Below are positions 10,716-21,967 of a stretch of 64,000 nucleotides of DNA, in pieces. Below the pieces are notes generated by a model. That model was given only the letters and a program-made list of their open reading frames with translations, searched no databases and was not told where the DNA came from. Made by a program: the position numbers and the translations under genes. Source of the stretch: an uncultured Gammaproteobacteria bacterium (GTDB lineage: Bacteria; Pseudomonadota; Gammaproteobacteria; JABCZS01); the NCBI GenBank assembly GCA_963848305.1, contig CAWKDC010000001.1, forward strand, positions 672,001 to 736,000, read 5' to 3'. How positions within the stretch are numbered: the stretch's first letter is position 1; each line of letters begins with the position of its first letter.

Positions 10716-12674
10716 TCAGTTTGGAGGTGTCACACCCCCTGCGCAATGAGGACAAATGACCTTTTTAGCATATCCCGCCACCATATCAAAATCGCGCCGT
10801 GCAATAAACTCAGAGAGCTGCGATTTTAAATTGTCATTGAAGGCTTGTTCTTCATCAGTATTGCTGAAAGTTGGCAATTTGCCAGGATGAATGGCTGAAA
10901 CACCCAGCACAGCCACACCACTCATGGTAGGAACTATCTTGAAAACAGTTTTGTCTCCAACAGGCGTCTCAAAAGCGGCCTTCAGGATTTCGTAGGGAAT
11001 GCCTTGTTGCTGACGGTTTATTTTCTCGAGTTTCTTCCAGGTATAACCATGCTCATTGGCTATAAATTCAGGAGGAGAGCCCGCTACAAAGCCTCTCATG
11101 ATGAGCTTTGCCCTGTCATCTGCCAGTATACTTGCTTTGCGAGCAATGGCTGCTTGTTGAACGGCCTCTTTAACGCTGTCGAACGGCTTCAAATGGCTTT
11201 CTGTCAATTCAGTGGTGCGTAAGACCACCGCTTCATCAGGATTGATTTGCAGCAACTCACTGTTCAACTTTTCATGAAATGCTGATTTGTCAAATGCAGC
11301 TTCAATGATTTCTGGCATCTTGCCGATACCCGTGTTCTTTGCATTGTCCTCAGTGATTGTCATCGTCGCAGGGGTCAAGCCAAACTGTTTGACCATCGCA
11401 CTGAAATCGTTGCCTGATTGGAACGCCATGTCGGACAATTGTTTGACAGCCTCGTCATAACGTTTTGTGGTTTCATTCTGATACCATTCGTCAGTCAAAG
11501 CAGTACGCACTTGATCCAGGGGTTGTGCATGCGCAGGCTGAATATCTGTGACCAAAATCAAGTGATAACCGAACGGTGTTTCGACCGGCCCAACCACTTC
11601 GCCTTTAGGGGCTGCAAAGGCAGCGTCATCAAAAGAAGGTTCGAAGGTGCCTTTCGTCGTCAACCCCAAGTCCCCGCCTTGATCAGCACTGCCCGGATCT
11701 TCAGAATTCTCTTTGGCGAGTGCAGCAAAATCCCCGCCCGCGCGAAGGCGTGCTAACAGTTCTTCTGCCTTTTTATGTTGTGTTTGACGTTCCGCATCCG
11801 TCGCATTTTCAGGAACCGCAATGAGAATATGGGCAATATGACGCGTTTCAGGGGTTGTATAGCTTTCAATACGCTCCTGATACAGGGCTTTCAACGCTTC
11901 TTCAGGAACGGGCTCTTGCTTAACAGCTGCTGCAATGCCTGCACGATCCAGCACGATATATTCAATGGTCGCTTGTGCAGGTTCAGTGAATTCAGAATGA
12001 TGCCCATTGTAGTAGGCTTCCAACTCTGTTTGATTAACCGTCACATCTTTTTCAGTGGCCTTGGCGTCTATTTCTAAATAGCCGATGTCACGGGTTTGGT
12101 AGATTAAAGCGACCGCCGTCTTCATTTCTTCAGGCAATACAATGGCACTGCCACCAATGGCTGTACTGATTTGCATCAGCGCCAGGCGTTGCTGTATCTC
12201 TCTTAAAAATTCAGGCGGGGTTTGGTTGCGACTGGACAAAAATGCACGATAACGATCCAGAGAGAACTGCCCATCTTCTTGAAATTGAGGAACGCGCGCA
12301 ATGAAGGCATCAGCCTGTTCTTTATTGACCACAAACCCTTCGCGGGCGGCAAATTGATTTAATACAGACTCCATGATGATTTGTTGTTCTGCCATGCTTT
12401 TCACACGGGCTTCATCTTCGGGTTGCATGGCCATCCCTTTGGCCGCCATAGATTGTTGGTATTCCGCCATGACAGATTGCAAATTTTTGTCTAATTGAGG
12501 TTGCGTGAATTTATCGTGCCCGACTTTGAGCACAACTTTAACGGCAGGATCGTCACTACCAAAGAATGTGTCAATGTTGGCAGTAACGCCCCATATCACA
12601 AAAACACCGGCTACCAGGATGATAACGACCCAGGCGACCCAACCGTGTGCCCACTGACGAATTTGCTGTAGCAT
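10716..12674 (-). CDS. ppiD: Periplasmic chaperone/parvulin PPIase PpiD
   Basis: N-terminal TM, SurA-like region, HILI...SEDPGSADQGGDLG...TPFGYHLI; follows hupB and tRNAs. Confidence 0.9.
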   Translation of the reverse strand: MLQQIRQWAHGWVAWVVIILVAGVFVIWGVTANIDTFFGSDDPAVKVVLKVGHDKFTQPQLDKNLQSVMAEYQQSMAAKGMAMQPEDEARVKSMAEQQIIMESVLNQFAAREGFVVNKEQADAFIARVPQFQEDGQFSLDRYRAFLSSRNQTPPEFLREIQQRLALMQISTAIGGSAIVLPEEMKTAVALIYQTRDIGYLEIDAKATEKDVTVNQTELEAYYNGHHSEFTEPAQATIEYIVLDRAGIAAAVKQEPVPEEALKALYQERIESYTTPETRHIAHILIAVPENATDAERQTQHKKAEELLARLRAGGDFAALAKENSEDPGSADQGGDLGLTTKGTFEPSFDDAAFAAPKGEVVGPVETPFGYHLILVTDIQPAHAQPLDQVRTALTDEWYQNETTKRYDEAVKQLSDMAFQSGNDFSAMVKQFGLTPATMTITEDNAKNTGIGKMPEIIEAAFDKSAFHEKLNSELLQINPDEAVVLRTTELTESHLKPFDSVKEAVQQAAIARKASILADDRAKLIMRGFVAGSPPEFIANEHGYTWKKLEKINRQQQGIPYEILKAAFETPVGDKTVFKIVPTMSGVAVLGVSAIHPGKLPTFSNTDEEQAFNDNLKSQLSEFIARRDFDMVAGYAKKVICPHCAGGVTPPN

Positions 12675-12742
12675 ACGTATCCTTACAATATGTGAAGACT
12701 AGATGGTAAGAAGGGCGAATAAATCGCCCTTACCTACACATA

Positions 12743-12819
12743 TGGCGGAGTGGACGGGACTCGAACCCGCGACCCCCGGCGTGACAGGCCGGTATTCTAA
12801 CCGACTGAACTACCACTCC
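12743..12819 (-). tRNA. tRNA-Asp(GTC)
   Basis: Cloverleaf GGAGTGGTAGTTCAG...CTGTCAC...GGTTCGAGTCC...CCA. Confidence 0.96.
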
Positions 12820-12827
12820 TAAACTGT

Positions 12828-12903
12828 TGGTGGGTGGTGAGGGGTTCGAACCCCCGACATTCGCCTTGTAAGGGCGACGCTCTACCAGCTGAGCTAACCA
12901 CCC
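12828..12903 (-). tRNA. tRNA-Val(TAC)
   Basis: GGGTGGTTAGCTCAG...CTTACAA...GGTTCGAACCCC...CCA. Confidence 0.96.
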
Positions 12904-12963
12904 CAAACTGTGCGGCTATTCTATCGCACTTTTTCGCCTCTGCCTAGCGTTTTTTAAAAAAAA

Positions 12964-13254
12964 CTAAGCGATTTCGGCAGAATGTTGAACCAAATCTTTA
13001 AGCGCTTTCCCAACTTTAAACTTCACAACCTTGGCTTCAGGGATTGTAATGGATACACCTGTTTGTGGATTACGTCCTTCGCGTTCAGCGCGTGTGTCTA
13101 CCACAAATTTTCCAAAATCTGGCATCACAAATTCTTCCCCATTCGAGAGTGATTCGCGAATAGCGTCGAACACAGTATCGACAACGCGCAATGCTGCTGC
13201 TTTGGTGATTGTGTTCTTTTCTGAAACGATGTTGACTAAATCTGACTTGTTCAT
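12964..13254 (-). CDS. hupB: DNA-binding protein HU
   Basis: MNKSDL, FGKF, REGRNPQTG, KFKVGKALKD. Confidence 0.93.
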   Translation of the reverse strand: MNKSDLVNIVSEKNTITKAAALRVVDTVFDAIRESLSNGEEFVMPDFGKFVVDTRAEREGRNPQTGVSITIPEAKVVKFKVGKALKDLVQHSAEIA

Positions 13255-13322
13255 GAATGCCCCGTGTTGTTAAAAATGAGCCGTATTTATACCCATAGGA
13301 TATTCACAAGTCAAGGGTTTTA

Positions 13323-13493
13323 TCACACTTCGATCATTTCGAAATCATCTTTCACTGCGGCGCAATCAGGGCAGCGCCAGGTGAGTGGCACATCCGCCCA
13401 TGCAGTACCGGGCGCAATCCCATCTTCAGGCCAGCCCAGAGCCTCATCGTAGATGAACCCACATAATAAGCACATATAACGTTTATTGTTCAT
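13323..13493 (-). CDS. Rubredoxin (56 aa, below the ORF-track cut-off)
   Basis: [56 protein letters not shown], with two CxxC motifs. Confidence 0.95.
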   Translation of the reverse strand: MNNKRYMCLLCGFIYDEALGWPEDGIAPGTAWADVPLTWRCPDCAAVKDDFEMIEV

Positions 13494-13555
13494 CACTTAT
13501 GTTTCCTCTTACTCAAAATATTGACGACAAGATTTGCTCATCATTGGTTTGGGAC

Positions 13556-14347
13556 TTAGCTATTATTTGGAATCACGCTTTCATGTTTTTCCGTCTCGCT
13601 TTTAAGTCTTTCATTCTCGCTTTTAAGTTGTTCCGTCTCGCTTTTACGTCTTTCATACTCGCTTTCAAGTTTTTCCTTCTCGCTTACAAGTTTTTCATTC
13701 TTGCTTAAGAGGCATAAGCTTTTTATGGCGCTAGGGAGACTCCTTGTGCAAATGCCAAGCAAGCTAGCAGCCAGTATCAGCACCACTTTATAGCTTGCAA
13801 AGTAGATACATTTGTCTCTACGTGAGTCACCTGAGTCGATCATATCATTGGATAACACTGGCATCGCATCTTCCACCGACAAGTTCCCTGCCACGAGGGC
13901 ATACACACACAGAGAAGTAAAGGCTAAAGCCCCTATCACTTCGGCAATTACTGAAAGTGCATGTGACCTAAGATTCCCTTTTACCTCGAACCTATAAGCT
14001 TTGTATGCAGACATGGCAAAAGCAGCACCCCCCAATAACAGCAAAGCGCCTATCACAGGGTCATTGAAACCTGCTTCAGCGGTTTTGTGGGTTAATGAAT
14101 GAAGCGCTGAAGATGACTCAGTGTGATCATAATATTGATTCACCCCAACCATCGTTGCGCCCAAGAACCCGATGACAGCAACTGCTGACTGCACATAGAA
14201 CTGTTTTGATATTGTCGTTGGCTTAACGCTGCTTGAGCTTGGCATTTGTGCCACAGCAGCTGTCTCGCCACTGGACGCCTGAGTGATATCTTCATTTATT
14301 CGAAGAAGTGTGCCATTTTCCATCATATCCTCCCGTTCAACGAACAT
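13556..14347 (-). CDS. Hypothetical membrane protein with C-terminal heptad-repeat coiled coil
   Basis: About four hydrophobic segments, then SEKEKLE/SEYERRK/SETEQLK/SENERLK/SETEKHE. Confidence 0.7.
   Translation of the reverse strand: MFVEREDMMENGTLLRINEDITQASSGETAAVAQMPSSSSVKPTTISKQFYVQSAVAVIGFLGATMVGVNQYYDHTESSSALHSLTHKTAEAGFNDPVIGALLLLGGAAFAMSAYKAYRFEVKGNLRSHALSVIAEVIGALAFTSLCVYALVAGNLSVEDAMPVLSNDMIDSGDSRRDKCIYFASYKVVLILAASLLGICTRSLPSAIKSLCLLSKNEKLVSEKEKLESEYERRKSETEQLKSENERLKSETEKHESVIPNNS
13580..13690. repeat. Degenerate 21-bp tandem repeat, about 5 units
   Basis: Recurring tctcgctttt(a)ag core at 21-nt period. Confidence 0.75.
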
Positions 14348-14617
14348 CGAAGCATGTTACGCGACTAGTTTTGCCTTGTTTATAGCTTGTTGCCATCAAG
14401 GCGTATCATACATGATGTCCATCATACCATGCTAGAATCCCTGGGTATATTGCGACCCAAGGAGTTTGCATGTCCACTCTTTCTCTCCCCTGATATTTCA
14501 TCACTGCATACTAAATTAACGCATTCTAAATTTTAATCCTGTCCCTGTCAATCCATTTGCTTTTTTTGATACTTTTTGATACAATGACCCCGGTTTTACC
14601 CTTGTTTGGAGTCTACC

Positions 14618-15893
14618 TTGCCTACCCTGTCTGAAAAACTCTTTGAGCGCGCCTTCCACGTCATTCCAGGTGGCGTCAACTCCCCTGTGAGGGCATTCAA
14701 GTCGGTCGGAGGTACCCCCCTGTTTATCAAAAGCGCACAAGGCGCCACTATCACAGATGCAGATAACAATACTTATATCGATTATGTCGGCTCCTGGGGG
14801 CCCATGATTGCTGGACACAACCACCCCAAAGTCCTCGCTGCTGTAAAAGAGGCCATTGAACAGGGTTTGAGTTTTGGTGCGCCGACTGAGAAAGAAGTTT
14901 TACTGGCTGAAAAAATTTGTCAACTCATGCCCACAATCGAACAAGTTCGCCTGGTGAACTCAGGCACAGAAGCAACCATGAGTGCCATCCGCCTTGCCCG
15001 GGGCTTTACCAAACGTGACAAATTCATCAAATTCATCGGTGGCTACCATGGCCATGCGGACTCCTTGCTGGTGGAAGCGGGTTCAGGCGGATTGACCTTT
15101 GGCGTCCCCAGTTCTGCCGGCGTCCCTGCTGGTCATGTGAAAGATACTTTATGCGCCCCTTACAACGACCTGGATGCTGTCAAAAAACTTATCAAAGCCA
15201 ATCCCGATCAAATCGCGGCCATCATCATTGAGCCCGTGGCGGGTAATATGAATTGCATTCCCCCTGTCCCTGGATTCTTACAGGGCTTGAGGGATGTATG
15301 CGATCAACACGGCATTGTATTGATATTCGATGAAGTGATGACAGGCTTCCGTGTGGCCCTTGGCGGTGCACAAGCTTTATATGGCATCCGTCCTGATTTA
15401 ACGACCCTGGGCAAGGTGATTGGCGGAGGCATGCCTGTGGGTGCCTTTGGTGGGCGTCGTGACATCATGGCCTGCATGGCGCCGCTTGGCCGTGTATCAA
15501 GCGGGGACATTGTCAGGCAATCCAATTGGCACAGCCGCCGGCCTCGCAAACTTGAGTTTGGTAGAAGTCCCTGGCTTTTTTGATACCCTTACGGCACGTA
15601 CGCAAGCACTCTGCGATGGATTGAAAGCCGCTGCCGCTTCCAAAGGCATTGCGATGCAAACACATTCAGTGGGTGGCATGTTTGGCCTTTTCTTCACAGA
15701 TCGTCCGGCTCCTGTCTCGCTCGATGAAGTGAAACACTGTAATGTCACTCGCTTCAATCAATTTTTTCATGCGATGTTGGATAATGGCATTTATTTGGCG
15801 CCTTCAGCGTTTGAAGCCGGGTTCGTATCCTCAGCACACACGGATCATGACATTGAACGAACGATTAAAGCTGCTTTAGTTGCTTTTTCCTGA
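14618..15893 (+). CDS. hemL: Glutamate-1-semialdehyde 2,1-aminomutase; frameshift near 15490
   Basis: [45 protein letters not shown]. Confidence 0.95.
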
Positions 15894-15939
15894 TTATGTG
15901 TTATAAAAAATTGTATCACCTTTTATTAAGAGGCCTACA

Positions 15940-16668
15940 ATGGCAACTAAAGCTAAATCTCCCGCAAAGAAACCTGCGACCAAAGCGGCTCCCAAGGCCA
16001 AACCTGCTGCCAAGAAAGCTGTGAAGAAACCAGCGGCAACAAAAGCCAAAACAGCCGCAAAGCCAAAGACCCCGGCCAAAAAGCCCGTTGCTGTGACAGC
16101 CAAACGCCCGGCATCTAAAACAACTGCGACCAGCACAACGACAAAATCAACCACAACTGCAAAAAAGACTGGCAAAAAATCTCCAACTGTTGCAAAATCA
16201 CCCCGCGCTGCAAAGACAACTGTTGAGGCTAATGTGATGAATAATGTGTTAGATGTCCGTGAACTTGATTTTCAACCTTACTCGCTGAAAGAAAGCGAAG
16301 AGTACATGAACGCTGCCCAACTCGAGCATTTTCGAAAAATTTTGCTGGGATGGAAGCAAGCTTTGATGGAACAAGTCGATCAAACCGTTTCTCACATGCA
16401 AAATGAACCCGGCAACTTGGCTGATCCGAATGATTGCGCCACGCGGGAAGAAGAATTTAATTTAGAACTGCGTACTCGTGATCGTGAACGTCAGCTCATC
16501 AAAAAAATTGAATCGACTTTGCAGCAAATCAAGCAAAACGAATATGGTTTTTGCACACAATGCGGCGAAGAAATCGGCGTACGCCGATTAGAAGCGCGCC
16601 CTACCGCAAGCTTATGCATTGATTGCAAAACATTGGCGGAAATTCGTGAAAAACACTACTCCAGTTAA
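15940..16668 (+). CDS. dksA: RNA polymerase-binding protein DksA with a Lys/Ala/Pro/Thr-rich N-terminal extension
   Basis: EEYMN..QLEHF, ADPND, CTQC...RRLEARPTASLCIDCK. Confidence 0.93.
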   Translation: MATKAKSPAKKPATKAAPKAKPAAKKAVKKPAATKAKTAAKPKTPAKKPVAVTAKRPASKTTATSTTTKSTTTAKKTGKKSPTVAKSPRAAKTTVEANVMNNVLDVRELDFQPYSLKESEEYMNAAQLEHFRKILLGWKQALMEQVDQTVSHMQNEPGNLADPNDCATREEEFNLELRTRDRERQLIKKIESTLQQIKQNEYGFCTQCGEEIGVRRLEARPTASLCIDCKTLAEIREKHYSS

Positions 16669-17335
16669 GCTGGATGTGCTCATGGCGATTGCTGAAAGGC
16701 ACTCTGTCCGTGCTTTTCTTGATATGCCTGTCGACAAGCACCTGATCGAAACCCTCCTGGAACATGCAGGCCGTGCGCCTTCCGGCAAAAACACGCAACC
16801 GTGGCATGTGGACATCGTGATGGGGCAATCTCTGCACACCCTCTCAGACGCCCTTCTCCAGGCACGCACGACAAATATGCCGGCAAACCCGGACTATCAA
16901 TATTACACCCAAGCACAGCAAGAGCCTTATGTTAGTCGCGCATTTGCATGCGGCATGGCTTTATACGGCGCATTAGACATAGACAGGCGTGACAAGGCAA
17001 AACGCCTGGCACAGTGGAACCTGAATTACCGTTTTTTTGGCGCTCCCGTGGGGTTGATCATTCATCTCGATAAAAATTTGGCCACAGGATCCTGGATGGA
17101 TTTGGGCATGTTCATTGAAAACATCCTGATAGGCGCTGTGGGTCTAGGCTTAGGCACGTGCCCACAAGCCTCGATCGCAGAATATCCCGACATTGTGCGT
17201 CAAAGCCTGGGTATTTCTGACGCGCACAGTATTGCCTGCGGTATTGCATTGGGGTACCCTGACGAGTCTCATCCGGTGAATCAGTACCGCACAGAACGTT
17301 TACCATTGAATGGATTTACAGTGTGGCATGACTGA
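16646..17335 (+). CDS. Nitroreductase family protein (start uncertain)
   Basis: RHSVRAF, APSGKNTQPW, GLGTCPQ, ALGYPD. Confidence 0.9.
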   Translation: MKNTTPVKLDVLMAIAERHSVRAFLDMPVDKHLIETLLEHAGRAPSGKNTQPWHVDIVMGQSLHTLSDALLQARTTNMPANPDYQYYTQAQQEPYVSRAFACGMALYGALDIDRRDKAKRLAQWNLNYRFFGAPVGLIIHLDKNLATGSWMDLGMFIENILIGAVGLGLGTCPQASIAEYPDIVRQSLGISDAHSIACGIALGYPDESHPVNQYRTERLPLNGFTVWHD

Positions 17336-17350
17336 TGGTATGATGCGCCC

Positions 17351-18634
17351 ATGAGTATCAAACATTTTTTCAAGCGGCTTGTAACAGGCGACGCACCCAC
17401 CGGTACGGTTAAAAAGCTCTCACGCCAACAAATTCCCGATCATGTCTTATTGGTGGTCGAAAAATTATCACGGGCAGGTTATCAAGCCTACCTTGTTGGC
17501 GGCTGCGTACGAGACTTACTCACAGGCAGCCATCCCAAAGACTTCGATGTCACCACCGATGCGACACCGCAAGAAGTGCGCCGTCTTTTCCGCAACTCAC
17601 GCTTGATAGGCAGACGTTTTTTATTGGTGCATGTGTTTTTCAAAGATGACTTGATGGTGGAAGTGGCCACTTTCCGCGGCAACCCAACGGATCACAGCCA
17701 TCAACGCTCTCTGTCGCAAGAAGGCCGAATTTTACAAGACAATGTCTTTGGCAGCATTGAAGAAGATGCCATGCGACGCGACTTCACCATCAACGCATTA
17801 TTTTACAATCCCCTGCGCGATCAGATAATGGATTACACGGTAGGCCTAGCAGACATTGAACACCGCTTGATCCGCTTGATTGGTGATCCAGAAACCCGAT
17901 ACAGAGAAGATCCCGTCCGCATGTTGCGCGCTTTGCGTTTCGCCGCAAAATTAAATTTCAAGATTGAATCCAAAACGGAAGCCCCGCTGTATCACATGGG
18001 CAAATTATTATTATCTGTGCCCCCTGCCCGCCTATTTGAAGAAACCTTGAAACTCTTCACACATGGATATGCTTTATCGGTTTTGGCACTCTTGCGTCAG
18101 TATGGCTTTGATAACATTTTATTTCCCAGCATGGCCGGCTACACAGACAAAGATTGGACTTTGATCACAGGAGGCTTGAAGGCCACTGATGAACGCTATC
18201 ATGCCCACAAAACATGCTCCTCTTCTTTTTTAATCGCTTTATTTTTATATCCCGCTTACCGAGAGCGCGTGCTGTCGCTGAGCGCAGGGAAACGCGTGGG
18301 CTATCTCTTGAAGGAAGAAGCAATTGCGCAAGTACTCCGTACAGCTTGCGCGGTGCTGTGCATTCCGAAACGGATCACGTATACGGTTCGCTCGATTTGG
18401 CATTTACAATACGCATTGATCACCGTTAAACCCAATCAAGTCGAACGCTTGGTCGCGCATCCTGAGTTCCGTCCCGCCTTTGATCTCTTGTGGTTACGCG
18501 CAAACACGAATGAACCCGAACTGATGGAATGGGCAACTTGGTGGAAAAAACATTATGGTGATAGCGTGCCCGTTCAACATGAAGCCAAAAAATTACAAAA
18601 AAGAGGCGAGTTTCGTCGCAGACAACAGGGTTGA
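17351..18634 (+). CDS. pcnB: Poly(A) polymerase I
   Basis: LVGGCVRD, PAP signature LIGRRFLLVHV, RRDFTIN, EDPVRMLR; directly upstream of folK. Confidence 0.93.
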   Translation: MSIKHFFKRLVTGDAPTGTVKKLSRQQIPDHVLLVVEKLSRAGYQAYLVGGCVRDLLTGSHPKDFDVTTDATPQEVRRLFRNSRLIGRRFLLVHVFFKDDLMVEVATFRGNPTDHSHQRSLSQEGRILQDNVFGSIEEDAMRRDFTINALFYNPLRDQIMDYTVGLADIEHRLIRLIGDPETRYREDPVRMLRALRFAAKLNFKIESKTEAPLYHMGKLLLSVPPARLFEETLKLFTHGYALSVLALLRQYGFDNILFPSMAGYTDKDWTLITGGLKATDERYHAHKTCSSSFLIALFLYPAYRERVLSLSAGKRVGYLLKEEAIAQVLRTACAVLCIPKRITYTVRSIWHLQYALITVKPNQVERLVAHPEFRPAFDLLWLRANTNEPELMEWATWWKKHYGDSVPVQHEAKKLQKRGEFRRRQQG

Positions 18635-18638
18635 AAGC

Positions 18639-19118
18639 ATGACGGCTCAAAAAGCATTTATCGCGCTCGGCAGCAATCTTGATCACCCAACAGCGCAGCT
18701 GGAAAAAGCGATTCACTCCATTGGTGCGATTCCACAGTGTACATTACTTCAGATTTCTCCCTTTTATCAAACCAAACCGATGGGATTTACAGCACAAGAC
18801 GACTTTATCAATGCAGTTGTTTTGGTTGAAACCTCTCTGTCCCCGCTAACATTGCTACAACATTTAATGAACATTGAGCAATCACAGGGCCGTGTGCGCA
18901 CATTTAAAAATGCGCCTCGCACGATTGATTGTGACATTGTCTTGTTTGGCAACGTTGTGATGAATACACCCGAACTGACAATACCCCACCCCGGATTAAC
19001 TGAGCGGGATTTTGTCTTAAAACCCCTGCTCGATATCGCACCTGATGCTTGCCTGCCCGATGGGCGAAAGATTGGCGTGATTTGCACACCAAGTGTCCAG
19101 CATGCTGAACCTCTATAA
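18639..19118 (+). CDS. folK: HPPK (6-hydroxymethyl-7,8-dihydropterin pyrophosphokinase)
   Basis: IALGSNL, FINAV, PRTIDCDI, IPHP. Confidence 0.94.
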   Translation: MTAQKAFIALGSNLDHPTAQLEKAIHSIGAIPQCTLLQISPFYQTKPMGFTAQDDFINAVVLVETSLSPLTLLQHLMNIEQSQGRVRTFKNAPRTIDCDIVLFGNVVMNTPELTIPHPGLTERDFVLKPLLDIAPDACLPDGRKIGVICTPSVQHAEPL

Positions 19119-19138
19119 ATGTCGTAAAAGACTGCGAT

Positions 19139-19237
19139 TTAATAAAGCAGTCCAAAAAGATATAAAGGAATCCTATAGCCCATGCCAACTTCTAAACCAT
19201 CCACTGCCAAGTATGCATTTGGTTCATCTTTCAGATG
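19139..19237 (-). pseudogene. 3' remnant of an AAA/DUF4143-type ATPase gene
   Basis: HLKDEPNAYLAVDGLEVGMGYRIPLYLFGLLY* resembles the ...DDIEIGFGNKIPLWLFGFLY C-terminus I recall for that family. No start codon, and an in-frame stop lies just upstream. Confidence 0.55.
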
Positions 19238-19325
19238 TTATAAAGGACTTCTAATGTCACTGTCATCTACCTATTACAAAAAACCTCAATATTTGTAATA
19301 TACAGATGACACTTTTGCAAGGATC

Positions 19326-21956
19326 CTACAATTGCTTTCGGAGGACATACAGCAATATCCCGCCATGTTCATAGTAACTGCGTTCCAACGGGGTATTTAA
19401 ACGTACATCTGCTTTAAATGTCTTTTGTGAACCATCGGGCCCATTGGCAACCACCGTGACTTCTGTCGCTTCACCGTTATTCAAGCCTTGGATATCAAAC
19501 GTTTCATTCCCCTTCAATTCCAACTCACGTGCACCTTCACCAGACTTAAATTGCAAAGGTAAAATTCCCATGCCAATCAGATTGGAACGGTGAATGCGTT
19601 CATAACTTTGTGCAATCACAGCACGTACACCCAATAATTTCGGCCCTTTCGCTGCCCAATCGCGTGAAGAACCAGAACCATATTCTTGACCAGCAATCAC
19701 GATCAAAGGCACGCCTGCTTTCTCATAACGCACGGCCGCATCAAAAATCGACATTTCAGTACCTTCAGGAAAATGGCGCGTGAAACCGCCCTCTTTCTCT
19801 ACCAATTGATTGCGCAAACGCACATTCGCAAACGTGCCGCGAACCATGACTTCGTGATTACCACGGCGAGAACCGTATGAATTAAAATCTTCAACTTTAA
19901 CGCCATGTTCCAGCAAATACGCTGCCGCAGGACTCGTTTTGGAAATAGAACCAGCTGGTGAAATATGATCAGTGGTGACGCTATCGCCGAGCAATGCCAA
20001 ACAATGCGCACCCTGGATTTCACGGATTTTAGGAACAGCTTTTGTCATGCCATCGAAATAAGGGGGTAGTTTCACATATGTGGATTTCGGCCATGCATAT
20101 AATTCACCTTTTGGCACAGGCAAACTTTTCCATTCATCATCACCATCGAACACACTGGCATACTCTTTCGAAAACATCTCAGATGTCACAAAATCACGGA
20201 TGTGTCGTGCTATATCCGCTTGTGAAGGCCAAATATCCTTCAAGAAAACATCTTGACCATGTTGGTCTTGACCAATGGGTTCATGATAAAAATCAATGTC
20301 CATGCGGCCAGCCAACGCATAAGCGACCACGAGCGGCGGTGACGCCAAATAGTTTAATCGCACTTCAGGGTGAATACGACCTTCGAAATTACGATTGCCC
20401 GACAACACAGCGGCGACATGCAAATCTTTTTGTCTGATCGTCTCACTGATCGATTCAGATAAGGCCCGAGTTACCAATACACGTTGTGCAACCGTACCCA
20501 ACCAAGTAAAAACCCAATGCTTCGAGTGATGACAATAAATGAGATTTTTTCAAATAATCGGTGACGACACGCGAGCCCGGTGCTAACGATGTTTTCACCC
20601 AGGCAGGAACCTTCAATCCTTTTTCAACGGCGCGCTTGGCAACCAAGCCAGATGCCAGCATCACCGCAGGATTGGATGTGTTGGTACAACTGGTGATTGC
20701 TGCAATCACGATCGAGCCATCCCGCAAGGCAGTACGTGACAAATGCGCTGTATCAAGTGTTGGTTTCGCTGTTTGTATCGTATTCAAGAAACTGGTTTTG
20801 GCGTCTTTCAATCCAATGCGATCTTGTGGACGTTTCGGCCGGCGATCGACGGTTCAACATCGTTCAAATGCAAATGCAATGTGTCCGTATATTGAGGTTC
20901 AGGCATACCTGTTTCACGGAATAACCCTTGTTTTTTGTAGTATGCTTCAACCAATGCAATGTGTGATTCAGAGCGACCAGACAAACGCAAGTAATTCAAT
21001 GTTTCTTTATCGACAGGAAAGAAACCGCAGGTTGCACCATACTCAGGTGCCATGTTCGCAATGGTTGCGCGATCAGCGAGTGGCAGATCATCTAGTCCAT
21101 CGCCATAAAATTCGACAAATTTATCCACCACGCCACGCTTGCGCAACATTTCAGTGACGCGCAATACCAAATCGGTGGCGGTTGCGCCTTCTGATAATTT
21201 GCCTGTTAATTTAAAACCGATCACGTCAGGAATCAACATCGCCATCGACTGTCCCAACATGGCTGCTTCTGCCTCGATACCACCCACACCCCAGCCTAAC
21301 ACCCCAAGGCCATTGATCATGGTAGTGTGCGAATCAGTGCCTACTAGCGTATCGGGATAAACCCATGTTTCATTTCCGACTTCTTGTGTGAACGCCACGC
21401 GCGCCAAATATTCGAGATTAACTTGATGACAAATACCGGTATCAGGCGGCACAACGGAAAAATTGGAAAATGATTGTTGACCCCAACGTAAAAATTGATA
21501 ACGCTCTTTATTACGCTGCATTTCATAATGATTATTCACATTGATGGCATTCAGTTCGCCATAGGCATCCACTTGCACGGAATGGTCGATCACCAATTCG
21601 GCAGGTTGCATGGGATTGATTTTTTCAGGATCACCCCCGAGAGCCTTCATCGCATCGCGCATGGCGGCCAAATCCACCACTGCAGGCACACCTGTAAAAT
21701 CTTGCATGAGCACGCGTGCAGGCATGAACGTGACTTCGCGTGTTTTATTGTTCGATGCATGATCGTTAACTGCGAGCAATGCTTGAATATCTTCTTCATG
21801 CACGTCTTCCGAAACACCCAATCGACGTGATGCATTTTCCAATAGAATACGCAATGAAATAGGCAATCGTTGTAATTGTTCGGCAGAGGCCATTTTATTC
21901 AAATTGAAAAATGTATATGTTTTCCCGTTAACCTGTAATGTGTCCCGTGTGTTCAT
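19326..21956 (-). CDS. acnA: Aconitate hydratase A; frameshifts near 20465 and 20838
   Basis: [62 protein letters not shown]. Confidence 0.95.
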
Positions 21957-21967
21957 GCATATCTCCT

